A stretch of DNA of 64,000 bases from the IMG/VR virus record IMGVR_UViG_3300027782_000038; one strand, given 5' to 3'. The stretch is from a virus. Within the stretch, counting starts at the first letter, position 1. Every line of letters begins with the position of its first letter. Below the pieces are notes generated by a model. That model ran no database searches. It was given only the letters and a program-made list of their open reading frames with translations, and was not told where the DNA came from. The position numbers were made by a program, and so were the translations under genes. Positions 41,457-51,204 of the stretch are shown piece by piece.

Positions 41457-42227
41457 ATGTCTACAATTACAAATAGAAACGATTTTGCAGATTATTGTCT
41501 AAGACGATTGGGTGCACCGGTCATAAACATCAACATAGATGATGATCAGGTACAGGATCGAATTGATGATGCACTCCAATATTGGCAAGATTACCACTAT
41601 GATGGTGTACAAAAAGTATACTACATCAAAGGTATACAACAAACGGATATTGATCGAAGGTACTTGGATCTCAGTCAGACAGTAGATGCTCAAAATAATC
41701 CATTAGAAATAATTGGTATTACCAGAATATTTCCTGTTTCAGATACCATGTCAAATGTTAATATGTTTGATTTGAGGTATCAACTTCGTTTAAATGAACT
41801 CTACGACTTCACCTCAGCCTCATACATCAATTATACTTTGACAATGCAACACTTACGTTCACTAGAACTTATGTTCACTGGAGAAGTTCCTATTCGATAT
41901 CAGAGACATATGAAAAGACTCTATATTGATTGGGGTTGGGGAACACAAGCCAAAATAGGACAAGTTATTGTAGCTGAAGCTTTTGCTGTGATTAATCCGG
42001 ATGTTTATGGAAATGTATGGTCGGATCGTTGGTTAAAACAATATGCCACAGCTTTGATTAAAAGACAATGGGGAACCAACATGATGAAATTTGGTGGTCT
42101 ACAATTACCTGGCGGTGTTACACTGAACGGAAAAGAAACTTTCGCTGAAGCTACTGAAGAAATAACTAAATTAGAATCAGAAATGATTACGAACTACGGT
42201 GGACCTTTGGATATGTTCATAAACTAA
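41457..42227 (+). CDS. gp13: neck protein gp13
   Basis: YCLRRLGAPVININ..DDQ..DRID.AL, WLKQYATALIKRQWG.N..KF.G.QLPGGVTLNG. Start revised to ATG 41457 (SD AGGAG; AATAAATA at 41430). Confidence 0.93.
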   Translation: MSTITNRNDFADYCLRRLGAPVININIDDDQVQDRIDDALQYWQDYHYDGVQKVYYIKGIQQTDIDRRYLDLSQTVDAQNNPLEIIGITRIFPVSDTMSNVNMFDLRYQLRLNELYDFTSASYINYTLTMQHLRSLELMFTGEVPIRYQRHMKRLYIDWGWGTQAKIGQVIVAEAFAVINPDVYGNVWSDRWLKQYATALIKRQWGTNMMKFGGLQLPGGVTLNGKETFAEATEEITKLESEMITNYGGPLDMFIN

Positions 42228-42228
42228 T

Positions 42229-43110
42229 ATGGCAACTTCACAATATTTCAACAACTATTCTGCGAAAAACGAACAACGTTTGATCGAAGATATCATTATA
42301 GAATCCATTAAAATAATGGGTTTCGATACCTATTATCTTGCAAATGACAATGATGCGGCTCGAGATTTATTATTTGGAGAAGATCCAGTCAAGAAATTTG
42401 AAACTGCTTTTCCTTTGGAAATGTATCTTACTAATGCAACAGAATATATGGGTGACCAAGATTTCTTTTCTAAATTTGGTCTTGAAATTAGAGATGTAAT
42501 TAAAGTCATTGTATCACATAGGTCATTCCATGAAAGAGTACCAAACAATATTTCTCGTCCCCGTGAAGGTGATTTGATATACGTACCCTTCTTAAATGGT
42601 ACTGGTGAGTTATATGAGATTAAATTTACCGAACAAGCAAAAGATATGCATATGTTAGGTCGTATAAATCCATATTTCTATGAACTTTCACTTGAAAAAT
42701 TCAAATATTCTCAAGAAGTTATTTCAACTGGTATACCAGATATTGATGATGTTGTTACTCAATCAGCCTATACATTGAATCTAAACTTATCCGCCAACGG
42801 TACAGGTAGTTACACATCTTCAGAGATTGTGTTTCAATCAACCGATAATACGTTGGCCAACGCAAACACATATGCAACAGTACAAACATGGTTTGTTCCA
42901 TCTAGATTGTTGACTGTAACGAACATATATGGTGAATTTGCAGATAATGTTAAAATCATTGGTGCATCAAGTAATGCACAATTTATATTAGCAAATTTTG
43001 ATCCATTACAAGATCCAGCAAGAAAAGAAAGTTATGACAATCAAGTTATTAATACTTCAGCCACAACAATTGTTAATAATACAGAAATAAATCCATTTGG
43101 TAGATTATAA
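42229..43110 (+). CDS. gp14: neck protein gp14
   Basis: EQRLIEDIIIESIKIMG, FSKFGLEIRD, RPREGDLIY.P, terminal E.NPFG. Confidence 0.92.
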   Translation: MATSQYFNNYSAKNEQRLIEDIIIESIKIMGFDTYYLANDNDAARDLLFGEDPVKKFETAFPLEMYLTNATEYMGDQDFFSKFGLEIRDVIKVIVSHRSFHERVPNNISRPREGDLIYVPFLNGTGELYEIKFTEQAKDMHMLGRINPYFYELSLEKFKYSQEVISTGIPDIDDVVTQSAYTLNLNLSANGTGSYTSSEIVFQSTDNTLANANTYATVQTWFVPSRLLTVTNIYGEFADNVKIIGASSNAQFILANFDPLQDPARKESYDNQVINTSATTIVNNTEINPFGRL

Positions 43111-44105
43111 TGGCAAATACTTATTATAATAGAAGTATTAGAAAGATAATTGTAGGATTCGGAAACATTTTCGATAATATAACACTTGTTCGTTATAATA
43201 CAGATGAATCTGAAGCCGAACGTTTCATTGTACCTATTGCATATGCATCAAAAGAAAGATATGTAATGCGTTTGGAAGGTGATCCAGATTTAGATAAAAA
43301 AATACAAATGACTCTACCTAGAATGTCATTTGAAATGAACGGCATTAGTTATGATTCGTCTCGCAAACAAAATACAAATGTGAAAGCCTTTGCACAACAA
43401 TCAAACGGTAGTGTTAGTTCTCAATACAATCCAGTACCATACAACTTTGATTTTTCATTATACATCTATGTCAGAAATATAGAAGATGGTTCACAAATTA
43501 TTGAACATATTTTACCATTCTTTGCACCAGACTATACAATTAAAATAAACATGGTACCAGAAATGGGTATAGTTAAAGAAATACCTGTTGTATTAAAAGA
43601 TACCAAATATGAAGTTGAATATGAAGGTATGAGAGAGAATGATACCCGTGTTGTTATTTGGACACTAAATTTTACCGTGAAAGGTTACATTTATGGAGCT
43701 TCAACTCCTAATGCTTCAATAATCAGAACAGCTATTACTAATGTATATGATCAAGTCACCGCAGATAGTACGGTGGTATTCAAAATGGCCAATACAGGCA
43801 ATGGTATATACCAGACAGGTGAAATTGCATATCAAGGTTATTCTGTAAACACATCATCTGCATCAGGTAAAGTTGTTCAATGGAATACAACGAATAAAGA
43901 ATTATATTTAACTGAGTTACAAGGCAATTTTATATCAACACAATCAATCAAAGGTCTAAACACAAACGCAAACTATGTATTCAATTCATACGAGGTTTCG
44001 CCTTTAAAGTTGGCCAGAGTTGTTGTTGTTCCTAATCCAACATCAGCTAACGCTAATAGTAATTATACATATACTACCACTATAACAGAAACACCAAACA
44101 CATAA
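43110..44105 (+). CDS. gp15: tail terminator / sheath stabiliser gp15
   Basis: SIRK..VGFG..F, VPIAYA.KE, LPRMSFE, PVPYN, QIIE.ILPFF.P, WTLNFT.KGY.YG. Confidence 0.92.
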   Translation: MANTYYNRSIRKIIVGFGNIFDNITLVRYNTDESEAERFIVPIAYASKERYVMRLEGDPDLDKKIQMTLPRMSFEMNGISYDSSRKQNTNVKAFAQQSNGSVSSQYNPVPYNFDFSLYIYVRNIEDGSQIIEHILPFFAPDYTIKINMVPEMGIVKEIPVVLKDTKYEVEYEGMRENDTRVVIWTLNFTVKGYIYGASTPNASIIRTAITNVYDQVTADSTVVFKMANTGNGIYQTGEIAYQGYSVNTSSASGKVVQWNTTNKELYLTELQGNFISTQSIKGLNTNANYVFNSYEVSPLKLARVVVVPNPTSANANSNYTYTTTITETPNT

Positions 44106-44106
44106 A

Positions 44107-44541
44107 ATGAATACTTTTGATAAGAATATGGAAAAAATATTTGATGTGGTACCTGTTGAAGAAAAAAAGACTCAGGTAATTACAACAAAATATAATGAAC
44201 CCACAGATATGCAACAGGATTTAAATGATGCATACCAACAGTCAAGAGAAAATCTCCAAGGTATTATTGACCAAGGCCAAGAAGCCATGGCAGAAATATT
44301 AGAAATTGCAAAACAAGGCCAACATCCTAGAGCATTTGAAGTCTACGGTACACTACTTAAAAATATGGTAGATGCTAATAAAGAACTACTAAACATACAA
44401 AAACAAATGCGTGATATGGATAATGTAAAGAAAGAAGTAAATAACACTAATATTGACCAAGCTATTTTTGTTGGTAGCACAGAAGAATTGAATAAATTAC
44501 TAAAGAATAATAATGAAAAAAAAGTTATAGATATGAATTAA
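44107..44541 (+). CDS. gp16: terminase small subunit gp16
   Basis: Y..SRENL..II..G..A, HPRAFEV, N...IFVGST.EL.KLLK. Confidence 0.92.
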   Translation: MNTFDKNMEKIFDVVPVEEKKTQVITTKYNEPTDMQQDLNDAYQQSRENLQGIIDQGQEAMAEILEIAKQGQHPRAFEVYGTLLKNMVDANKELLNIQKQMRDMDNVKKEVNNTNIDQAIFVGSTEELNKLLKNNNEKKVIDMN

Positions 44542-45305
44542 ATCCATTTACATTCATAACCCTTATGTTTTTTTTGTTTCCCCCTGGCAACGGTCATCAT
44601 TGATTGATAATTTAAATTATTATCTATACAATATTGTTTCAGATTATCCGTAACAACAATATTACCATTTAGATCTATTACATTACAAATTTTATTGTTT
44701 AATGGTGGAATTCTTTTATTATCTGGTCTATCGTTATATTTTGATTTTGGATCAGACCAATATAATTTTCTTGTATCTGACATTTTTTGTTTAAATACAA
44801 CGGTATTGCAAGAGTCTTTATGTTTTTTAATATAATTCAAATTTTTATATATTGAATTTTCTTTTTTATGGTTTTCTTTCATTTTGTTGGATTGTTTTTT
44901 CTTTACTTCAGGTTTGTTTTTACCATCAATTTGTTTTTTTCTATATTCATCAGAATTAATATACGAATTTTTATCTTTATGTAATTGAATCATTAAATCA
45001 CTTTTTAATTTTTTTGATATTTCATATTGTTTGTTTGTAATTTTAATATCATTACTGTTAGACATTCTATGAAAAGCGTGTATCATTTTATGTTTTGGTG
45101 ATCCTATTAACATTTTTGTTAATAGATGATGTACAGTATAATGTTCTTTGGAAGTTAAATACACCAAATTTTCTTTGTCATTTGAACCACCTAAAGATTC
45201 TGGTATAATATGATGTTTTTCGGTGTAACTATTAGGTTTGGACCTAGTTTTGGCTGCATTGATTATGTCATTATACCAATGAGTATATTTGTTATCTAAA
45301 TACAT
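44538..45305 (-). mobile_element. free-standing HNH homing endonuclease, antisense, between gp16 and gp17
   Basis: YTEKHHIIPESLGGSN..ENLV.LT..EH...H (HNH), Lys-rich NUMOD3-like repeats, C-terminal HTH-like segment; very AT-rich; own late promoter. Confidence 0.88.
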
Positions 45306-45308
45306 TTG

Positions 45309-45362
45309 CTGGCATTCCTATAAAATGTTAGAGTGTATGCGGTCTGAACACCGTCGATACAC
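45309..45362 (+). other. tandem hairpin pair in the HNH/gp17 intergenic region
   Basis: CTGGCATT-N7-AATGTTAG and GTGTAT-GCGGT-N6-ACCGT-CG-ATACAC. Confidence 0.6.
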
Positions 45363-45365
45363 ACC

Positions 45366-45373
45366 TATTTATA
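45366..45373 (-). promoter_or_regulatory. late promoter TATAAATA driving the HNH gene
   Basis: TATTTATA on the + strand, 60 nt upstream of the HNH ATG. Confidence 0.75.
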
Positions 45374-45394
45374 TTATCAAGGAATTAAATAATA

Positions 45395-47065
45395 GTGGCA
45401 ACATCAAAACAGACGTATAGGGATAATCCCCGATTAAAAAGGGTTGGTGTACCAGTTAATTGGACACCAGAGTTAGTTGAAGAATATAAAAAATGTAAAG
45501 AAGATTACATCTATTTTTCGAAATATGTAACCATTATCTCTCTAGATAAAGGTATTGTACCTTTTAATATGTACGATTTTCAAAAGGACATGATTAAAAC
45601 CTTTGATGAAAATCGTTTTGTTATCGTTAAATGTCCTCGTCAGGTTGGTAAAACCACAACAGCAGTTACATATCTTCTTTGGACAATACTATTCAAGTCT
45701 GCACAAAACATTGCAATTCTGGCCAACAAAGGTAAAACAGCAAACGATATTCTAGGTAAGTTACAATTAGCCTATGAATCAATACCTATCTGGATGCAAC
45801 AAGGTGTCGTTGAATGGAACAAAGGCCGTGTTGAATTAGAAAACAATTCAGTTATTATTGCCAACTCAACATCATCATCTGCTGCTCGTTCTGGTGCATA
45901 CAACATCGTATTCTTGGACGAATTTGCGTTCGTTCCTTCTAACATTGCATATGACTTCTTGACTTCTGTTTATCCTGTTATTACATCAGGTACCAAAACC
46001 AAGATTCTAATGGTATCTACACCAAACGGCATGAATCTGTTTTATAAATTATGGAATGATGCTGTCAATAAAAGAAATGATTATGTACCATTTGAAATTC
46101 ATTGGTCTCAGGTTCCAGGTCGAGATGAAGAATGGAAAGAACAAACCATTCGCAATACATCAGAACACCAGTTCAGACAAGAATTTAACACAGAATTCTT
46201 AGGTTCAACTAATACTCTGATTTCTGGTACCAAATTACAACAGTTGACATATAAACAACCGATTGCCGAACATGATGGTGTTAAGATTTATGAATATCCA
46301 ATCAAAGGTGATGATGACAACAAGAAAGATCACCTCTATGGTATTTGGGTGGACGTTTCAGAAGGTAAGAATTTAGACTCCTCTACATTCTCCGTCATTG
46401 ATATGTCTACTACACCTTACAGACAAGTAGCTACATATAAAGACCCCACCGTGTCTCCTATGTTGTTCCCTACACACATATACAATGCAGCTAAATTGTA
46501 TAATGATGCCTATATTTTGATAGAGATCAATAATACACCACAAGTGGCTGACATTATTCACCAAGACCTTGAGTATGAAAACTTATTTAAGGTATTTACC
46601 GGTAATAAAAAACCACAACAGTTGTCGGCTGGTTTTGCCAGAGGTGTACAGTTAGGTGTCAAAATGTCACCACAAGTTAAAAGAATTGGTTGTTCAAACC
46701 TAAAAATGCTTATAGAAGGCAATAAACTGGAGTTGGTTGATTTTGATACCATATCAGAACTAACTACATTTGTTGCAAATAAAACTTCCTTTGCGGCCGA
46801 AGCGGATGCAAATGATGATTTGGTTATGGGATTGGTTATGTTTGCGTGGGCATCCACTCAAAAATATTTCAGAGAAATTGTTAACCATGATTTGAGAAAA
46901 CAAATTCAACTTGAAAATATGAATCAAGTTGATGAGTTATCACCACCTACACCTATGATGGATAATGGAATAGAAACTAATTTTGATGTATGGGACGATG
47001 ATGTGTGGGAGAAAGCAGATGGTGGTGAGGTTTACTCTGGTTATTTTAGAGAATTGTCCAGATAA
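45395..47065 (+). CDS. gp17: terminase large subunit gp17
   Basis: GTG start; Walker A PRQVGKTT, Walker B IVFLDEFAF, STPNGMN, FRQEF, nuclease DVSEG and DDLVM. Confidence 0.96.
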   Translation: MATSKQTYRDNPRLKRVGVPVNWTPELVEEYKKCKEDYIYFSKYVTIISLDKGIVPFNMYDFQKDMIKTFDENRFVIVKCPRQVGKTTTAVTYLLWTILFKSAQNIAILANKGKTANDILGKLQLAYESIPIWMQQGVVEWNKGRVELENNSVIIANSTSSSAARSGAYNIVFLDEFAFVPSNIAYDFLTSVYPVITSGTKTKILMVSTPNGMNLFYKLWNDAVNKRNDYVPFEIHWSQVPGRDEEWKEQTIRNTSEHQFRQEFNTEFLGSTNTLISGTKLQQLTYKQPIAEHDGVKIYEYPIKGDDDNKKDHLYGIWVDVSEGKNLDSSTFSVIDMSTTPYRQVATYKDPTVSPMLFPTHIYNAAKLYNDAYILIEINNTPQVADIIHQDLEYENLFKVFTGNKKPQQLSAGFARGVQLGVKMSPQVKRIGCSNLKMLIEGNKLELVDFDTISELTTFVANKTSFAAEADANDDLVMGLVMFAWASTQKYFREIVNHDLRKQIQLENMNQVDELSPPTPMMDNGIETNFDVWDDDVWEKADGGEVYSGYFRELSR

Positions 47066-47083
47066 ACTATAAAAGTGGTGTTA

Positions 47084-47091
47084 TATAAATA
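47084..47091 (+). promoter_or_regulatory. late promoter TATAAATA (gp18)
   Basis: Exact box; SD AAGGAG before ATG 47147. Confidence 0.8.
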
Positions 47092-47146
47092 TCATGATGG
47101 TATCTTATTATAACTGCCAAAAACAAAAATAATTAAGGAGAAACAA

Positions 47147-48859
47147 ATGGCATTTCAAATCTCTCCAGGCGTATCAATAGCGGAAGTTGATCAAACAGCA
47201 TCAACTCCAACTATTGTAACTACTGCCGGTGCATATGCAGGTCCTTTTGCATGGGGTCCTGTAAATAAAAAAACTTCTGTACCAAGTGAAACATCATTAG
47301 CTGAACAATTCGGTAATCCAGACAGCAACACATTTACATCATTTTTCTCTGCTGCTAGTTTCTTGGCATATGGTAACAATTTAACAGTTGTTCGTGCTGC
47401 AAACAATACAACTTATAATTCTTCTGCAAATACAGCCGCTGCCGGTATACAGATTAAAAATAAGGATATATTTGAAACTTCATACCTGTTTAGCAATAAC
47501 AATAATGCATATGGTGCTTTTGTTGCCAGATATCCAGGTGAATTAGGTAATTCATTAACAGTTTCAGTTGTTGATGCTGCATCATATTCAACATCATGGA
47601 ATGTTAATGGTATTGGGGTTTCTTCATATTTTCCAACTGCACCAAGCACTTCAGCTCAAGCTGCAGGTTTAGGTTCAGCCAACGATCAAATTCACATTGT
47701 TGTAATGGATACAGGCGGTTTATTCACAGGTACAAAAAATACAGTATTGGAAACTTTTTCATTCCTATCAAAAGGATTTGATGCAAAAGATTCATTAGGT
47801 AATCCAAATTATTATAAAACAGCAATCTTTAATAATTCAAAATACATCTACGCTATAGATCCAGTTTCATACTCAACAACTAACGCTAGTTGGGGTAGAA
47901 ATTTAGCTAATACAAATTTTGTGACAATTTCTACTGCACAAACAACAACATTAGTTAATGGTAGTACTGCCACAGTAACAGACGGTGATATTCAGTCCGC
48001 TTGGAGTGGATTCACTAATGCTGATACAACAGATGTGTCTTTAGTTATTACTGGTGCAGCAACCGTCACAACACAACAATATGTTATTGATAATATTGCA
48101 AATGCCCGTAAAGATTGTATTGCTTTTGTATCACCACCATCTGCAAATGTGGTTAATCAATCAGGTTCGGAAGTTTCAAACATTACTGCTTGGAATACGG
48201 CCTTATCAAGATCATCTTCTTATGCTGTAGCCGATAGTGGTTGGAAGTATATGTTTGACAAATATAACAATGTTTACCGTTATGTTCCATTAAATGGTGA
48301 CATTGCTGGTCTATGTGCATATACAGATTCAGTTCGTGATCCTTGGTTTTCACCAGCTGGTTACAACCGTGGTAATCTGAAGAATCTTGTTAGATTGGCG
48401 TGGAATCCAACACAGACGCAGAGAGATTCTCTGTATGCCCTTGGAATTAATTCAGTTGTTTCAATGCAAGGTGCAGGCACAATGTTATATGGTGACAAGA
48501 CTCTACAAAGTCAGCCATCAGCATTTGATCGAATCAATGTTCGTAGATTGTTTATTGTCTTAGAGAAAACTATTGCAACAGCATCAAAATATTCGTTGTT
48601 TGAATTTAATGATTCATTTACACAATCACAATTTGTTGCACTTGTAACTCCATTCTTACGTGATGTTAAAGGTCGCCGTGGCATTTATGACTTCCAAGTT
48701 ATTTGTGATTCTACAAATAACACACCGAATGTTATTGATGCTAACCAATTTGTTGGTGATATATACATCAAACCTGCTCGTTCAATCAACTACATTCAGT
48801 TGAATTTCGTTGCAGTAAGAACTGGCGTTTCTTTCAACACAATCGTTGGTTCAGTCTAA
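47147..48859 (+). CDS. gp18: tail sheath protein gp18
   Basis: SPGV...EVD, F.WGP, PWFSPAGYNRG, AFDRINVRRLF, IYIKPARSINYI.LNF.A. Confidence 0.96.
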   Translation: MAFQISPGVSIAEVDQTASTPTIVTTAGAYAGPFAWGPVNKKTSVPSETSLAEQFGNPDSNTFTSFFSAASFLAYGNNLTVVRAANNTTYNSSANTAAAGIQIKNKDIFETSYLFSNNNNAYGAFVARYPGELGNSLTVSVVDAASYSTSWNVNGIGVSSYFPTAPSTSAQAAGLGSANDQIHIVVMDTGGLFTGTKNTVLETFSFLSKGFDAKDSLGNPNYYKTAIFNNSKYIYAIDPVSYSTTNASWGRNLANTNFVTISTAQTTTLVNGSTATVTDGDIQSAWSGFTNADTTDVSLVITGAATVTTQQYVIDNIANARKDCIAFVSPPSANVVNQSGSEVSNITAWNTALSRSSSYAVADSGWKYMFDKYNNVYRYVPLNGDIAGLCAYTDSVRDPWFSPAGYNRGNLKNLVRLAWNPTQTQRDSLYALGINSVVSMQGAGTMLYGDKTLQSQPSAFDRINVRRLFIVLEKTIATASKYSLFEFNDSFTQSQFVALVTPFLRDVKGRRGIYDFQVICDSTNNTPNVIDANQFVGDIYIKPARSINYIQLNFVAVRTGVSFNTIVGSV

Positions 48860-48888
48860 TAAATAACTCAACGATATAGGAGAAAAAA

Positions 48889-49440
48889 ATGGCATTTAAT
48901 GCATCTCAGTTCAGATCACAGTTAGAATTTGATGGGGCTCGTCCCAATCTGTTTGATGTTAACATCTTGTTTCCAACATTTGTTAATAATACAAAAAATC
49001 CAAGTGATAAAATTCAATTCATGGCTAAATCAGCTCAACTACCGGGTTCTACAATTGGGATTGTTCCAATTTATTACTTTGGTCGTGAACTCAAATTTGC
49101 CGGTAATAGAACATTTCCAGATTGGACAGTAACTATTATTAATGATGAAGATTTTGTAGTACGCAATGCTTTAGAACAATGGTTAAGTGCAATTAATAGT
49201 CATGCAGGAAACGTTCGTAGTCAAAATGCTAGTAATCCTTTAGCATATAGCCCTGCTGATGCTACTGTTAACCAATATTCAAAAATTGGTGGCGATCCAA
49301 TCAAAAAATATACATTTACTGGTTTATTTCCAGTAGATTTAAGTACTATTGATTTGGATTGGAGTTCAAATGATTCTATTGAAGAATACACGGTAACCTT
49401 TGCATACCAGTACTGGACTTCGGATACAACAGACGTTTAA
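48889..49440 (+). CDS. gp19: tail tube protein gp19
   Basis: GARPNLF.V, AQLPGS, GRELKFAG.RTF.DWTVTIINDEDF, IEEYTVTFAYQYW; AATAAATA at 48858. Confidence 0.95.
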   Translation: MAFNASQFRSQLEFDGARPNLFDVNILFPTFVNNTKNPSDKIQFMAKSAQLPGSTIGIVPIYYFGRELKFAGNRTFPDWTVTIINDEDFVVRNALEQWLSAINSHAGNVRSQNASNPLAYSPADATVNQYSKIGGDPIKKYTFTGLFPVDLSTIDLDWSSNDSIEEYTVTFAYQYWTSDTTDV

Positions 49441-49455
49441 TTTATATTATATTTC

Positions 49456-49477
49456 AGAGAGGACTTCGGTCCTCTCT
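49456..49477 (+). terminator. C(UUCG)G hairpin after gp19 (terminator/stabiliser)
   Basis: AGAGAGGAC-TTCG-GTCCTCTCT, a 9-bp stem; weak U-tract. Confidence 0.7.
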
Positions 49478-49512
49478 ATTATGTTTAATTGATTTGGAAT
49501 AAAAAGAAACTT

Positions 49513-51204
49513 ATGGCAAATAAATTCAGTCTGTTTGGGTTCACCATTGCTCGTGATCAAAAGGATGTCGAGCAAGGCGTACAGCAATCGTTTACCCCGC
49601 CCACAAATGATGACGGTGCTCTTACCATTACCTCTGCGGCTTACTATGGCACTTATGTTGACCTAGACGGTACCGCAAAAAATGACGTAGAATTAATTTC
49701 TCGTTATCGTGAAATGGCTATGCAACCAGAGATTGAATCTGCAATTGATGATATTGTTAATGAAGCCATATGTCAAGATGACGATGGTAAAAATATTCAA
49801 ATTGTTTTAGATAATTTAAAACAACCAGACAAAATTAAAAAAGCAATTGTTGAAGAATTTAACAATGTATGTAGACTGTTAAATTACAATAATATGGCTC
49901 AAGATATTTTTCGTAGATATTATGTTGATGGTAGAATGTTTTACCATATCATTATTGACAGAGAAAATCCGACTCAAGGTATTCGTGAATTAAGATATAT
50001 TGATCCACGTAAGTTAAAGAAAGTTCGTGAAGTCAAAAAACAAAAAGACGAACGAACTGGTGTGGATATAATGAATGTTGTTAACGAATATTATATCTTC
50101 AACGACAAAGTGGTTACAGCAAGTTCTTCCAATTTTGGTCCTGTTGGTGTTCGTATTACTACAGATTCTATTATTTCCGTGGTTTCTGGTCTTATGGATT
50201 CTCGTAGAGCGGTGGTGTTATCATACCTACACAAAGCAATTAAACCATTAAACCAATTACGTATGATTGAAGATGCGACAGTTATCTATCGTATCTCTAG
50301 AGCACCAGAACGTAGAATATTCTATATTGACGTAGGTAATTTACCTAAGTTAAAAGCAGAACAATATATGCGTGATATTATGGTCAAGTACAAGAACAAA
50401 CTTGTCTATGATGCAAACACAGGTGAAGTTCGTGATGATCGTAAGTTTATGTCAATGATGGAAGATTTCTGGTTACCTCGCCGTGAGGGTGGTAAAGGTA
50501 CAGAGATTACTACATTGCCTGGTGGTCAAAACTTAGGTGAATTGGAAGATGTTAAATATTTTGAAAAGAAACTATACAAAGCACTTTGCGTACCAGTCTC
50601 ACGTTTAAATCCAGAATCTTCGGGATTCTCTCTTGGTCGTGTTAATGAAATTACCAGAGATGAATTAAAATTCTCTAAGTTTGTTGCTCGTATGCGTAGT
50701 AAGTTTTCTGAATTATTTGATCAAGCTCTACGTATACAATGTGTACTAAAAGGTATCTGTACCGATGATGAATGGAAAGAATTCAGAGAAAACATTTACT
50801 ACAACTTCATTAAAGATAATAACTTTACAGAATTAAAAGATGCTGAGTTAATGAAAGAAAGACTTTCATTATTGGCTAACGTTGATCCATATACCGGTCG
50901 TTATTTTTCTCAAGCATGGATTCAACGTAATGTATTGCGTTTGACTGATGAACAAATCAAAGAAATGCAATCTGAAATTGATGATGAAAAAGAAGCAGGT
51001 TTAGGATTACCAGTTGGTGTGATGAATGATGTAACTCAACAACAAATGATGAGTCAAGTTCCACAACAACCAATGAATCCAGCAGATCAGCAAGATACCA
51101 CTCAAAAAGAAAGTGTTGAAGATACTTCTAAAGATTTAACTATATCCATGACAAAATTTTTTGATACTTTAGTTGAAGATTCCAATGTCAAAAGAGAACA
51201 ATAA
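49513..51204 (+). CDS. gp20: portal protein gp20
   Basis: YLHKAIKPLNQLRMIEDA.VIYRISRAPERRIFYIDVGNLPK.KAEQY, EDFWLPRREGGKGTEITTLPGGQNLGE. Start revised to ATG 49513 (MANKFSLFGF). Confidence 0.96.
   Translation: MANKFSLFGFTIARDQKDVEQGVQQSFTPPTNDDGALTITSAAYYGTYVDLDGTAKNDVELISRYREMAMQPEIESAIDDIVNEAICQDDDGKNIQIVLDNLKQPDKIKKAIVEEFNNVCRLLNYNNMAQDIFRRYYVDGRMFYHIIIDRENPTQGIRELRYIDPRKLKKVREVKKQKDERTGVDIMNVVNEYYIFNDKVVTASSSNFGPVGVRITTDSIISVVSGLMDSRRAVVLSYLHKAIKPLNQLRMIEDATVIYRISRAPERRIFYIDVGNLPKLKAEQYMRDIMVKYKNKLVYDANTGEVRDDRKFMSMMEDFWLPRREGGKGTEITTLPGGQNLGELEDVKYFEKKLYKALCVPVSRLNPESSGFSLGRVNEITRDELKFSKFVARMRSKFSELFDQALRIQCVLKGICTDDEWKEFRENIYYNFIKDNNFTELKDAELMKERLSLLANVDPYTGRYFSQAWIQRNVLRLTDEQIKEMQSEIDDEKEAGLGLPVGVMNDVTQQQMMSQVPQQPMNPADQQDTTQKESVEDTSKDLTISMTKFFDTLVEDSNVKREQ

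Noticed and set aside
44538-45394. Group I intron or intein carrying the HNH
   Set aside because: The ORF is antisense and intergenic, gp16 and gp17 look complete, and the non-coding flank is too short for an intron core.
51150-51204. Portal-collagen frameshift fusion at AAAATTTTTT
   Set aside because: The collagen frame has a TAG at 51170-51172 just after the run, so a shift there terminates.
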